A DNA stretch of 64,000 bases from Eledone cirrhosa (lineage: Eukaryota), in the NCBI GenBank assembly GCA_964016885.1, contig OZ024740.1, positions 29,822,001 through 29,886,000 on the forward strand. Direction: 5' to 3'. Position numbers and translations under genes: made by a program. The notes beneath the pieces are model-generated. The model ran no database searches, was not told the DNA's origin, and worked only from the letters and a program-made list of their open reading frames with translations. Below, one piece after another: positions 63,986-64,000 of the stretch (position 1 is the stretch's first letter; every line of letters begins with the position of its first letter).

Positions 63986-64000
63986 TATATATATATATGG

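Overview
Eukaryotic repetitive DNA with no host gene that can be supported. The (TA)n/(CA)n-rich flanks and L1/Tx1-type LINE suggest an animal genome (inference). Positions 1-60712 are one uninterrupted, single-orientation satellite of roughly 2,500 monomers. The monomer is GTCTCACCATACATYACCACA (21 bp), optionally extended by TAA (24 bp) or TATAA (26 bp), and the array is a patchwork of 0.5-7 kb duplications. At 60713 it switches abruptly, in register, to a related homogeneous 22-bp satellite (GTCTCACCATA[A/G/T]CTCTATATAA, 56 copies, to 61944), and ends in a degenerate monomer of the first type. The last 2 kb contain TA/CA microsatellites, an 826-bp 5'-truncated L1/Tx1-like retrotransposon (62718-63543) and a ~185-bp MITE-like element with 68-bp inverted arms. 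The retrotransposon has an open CCHC zinc-knuckle frame, a perfect 15-bp target-site duplication, no poly(A) tail and a TATC-rich target. No new protein-coding system is visible. The best leads are the possibly TATC-targeting LINE family, the satellite-to-satellite transition, and the telomere-like strand polarity of the array. All counts and offsets were read by eye.
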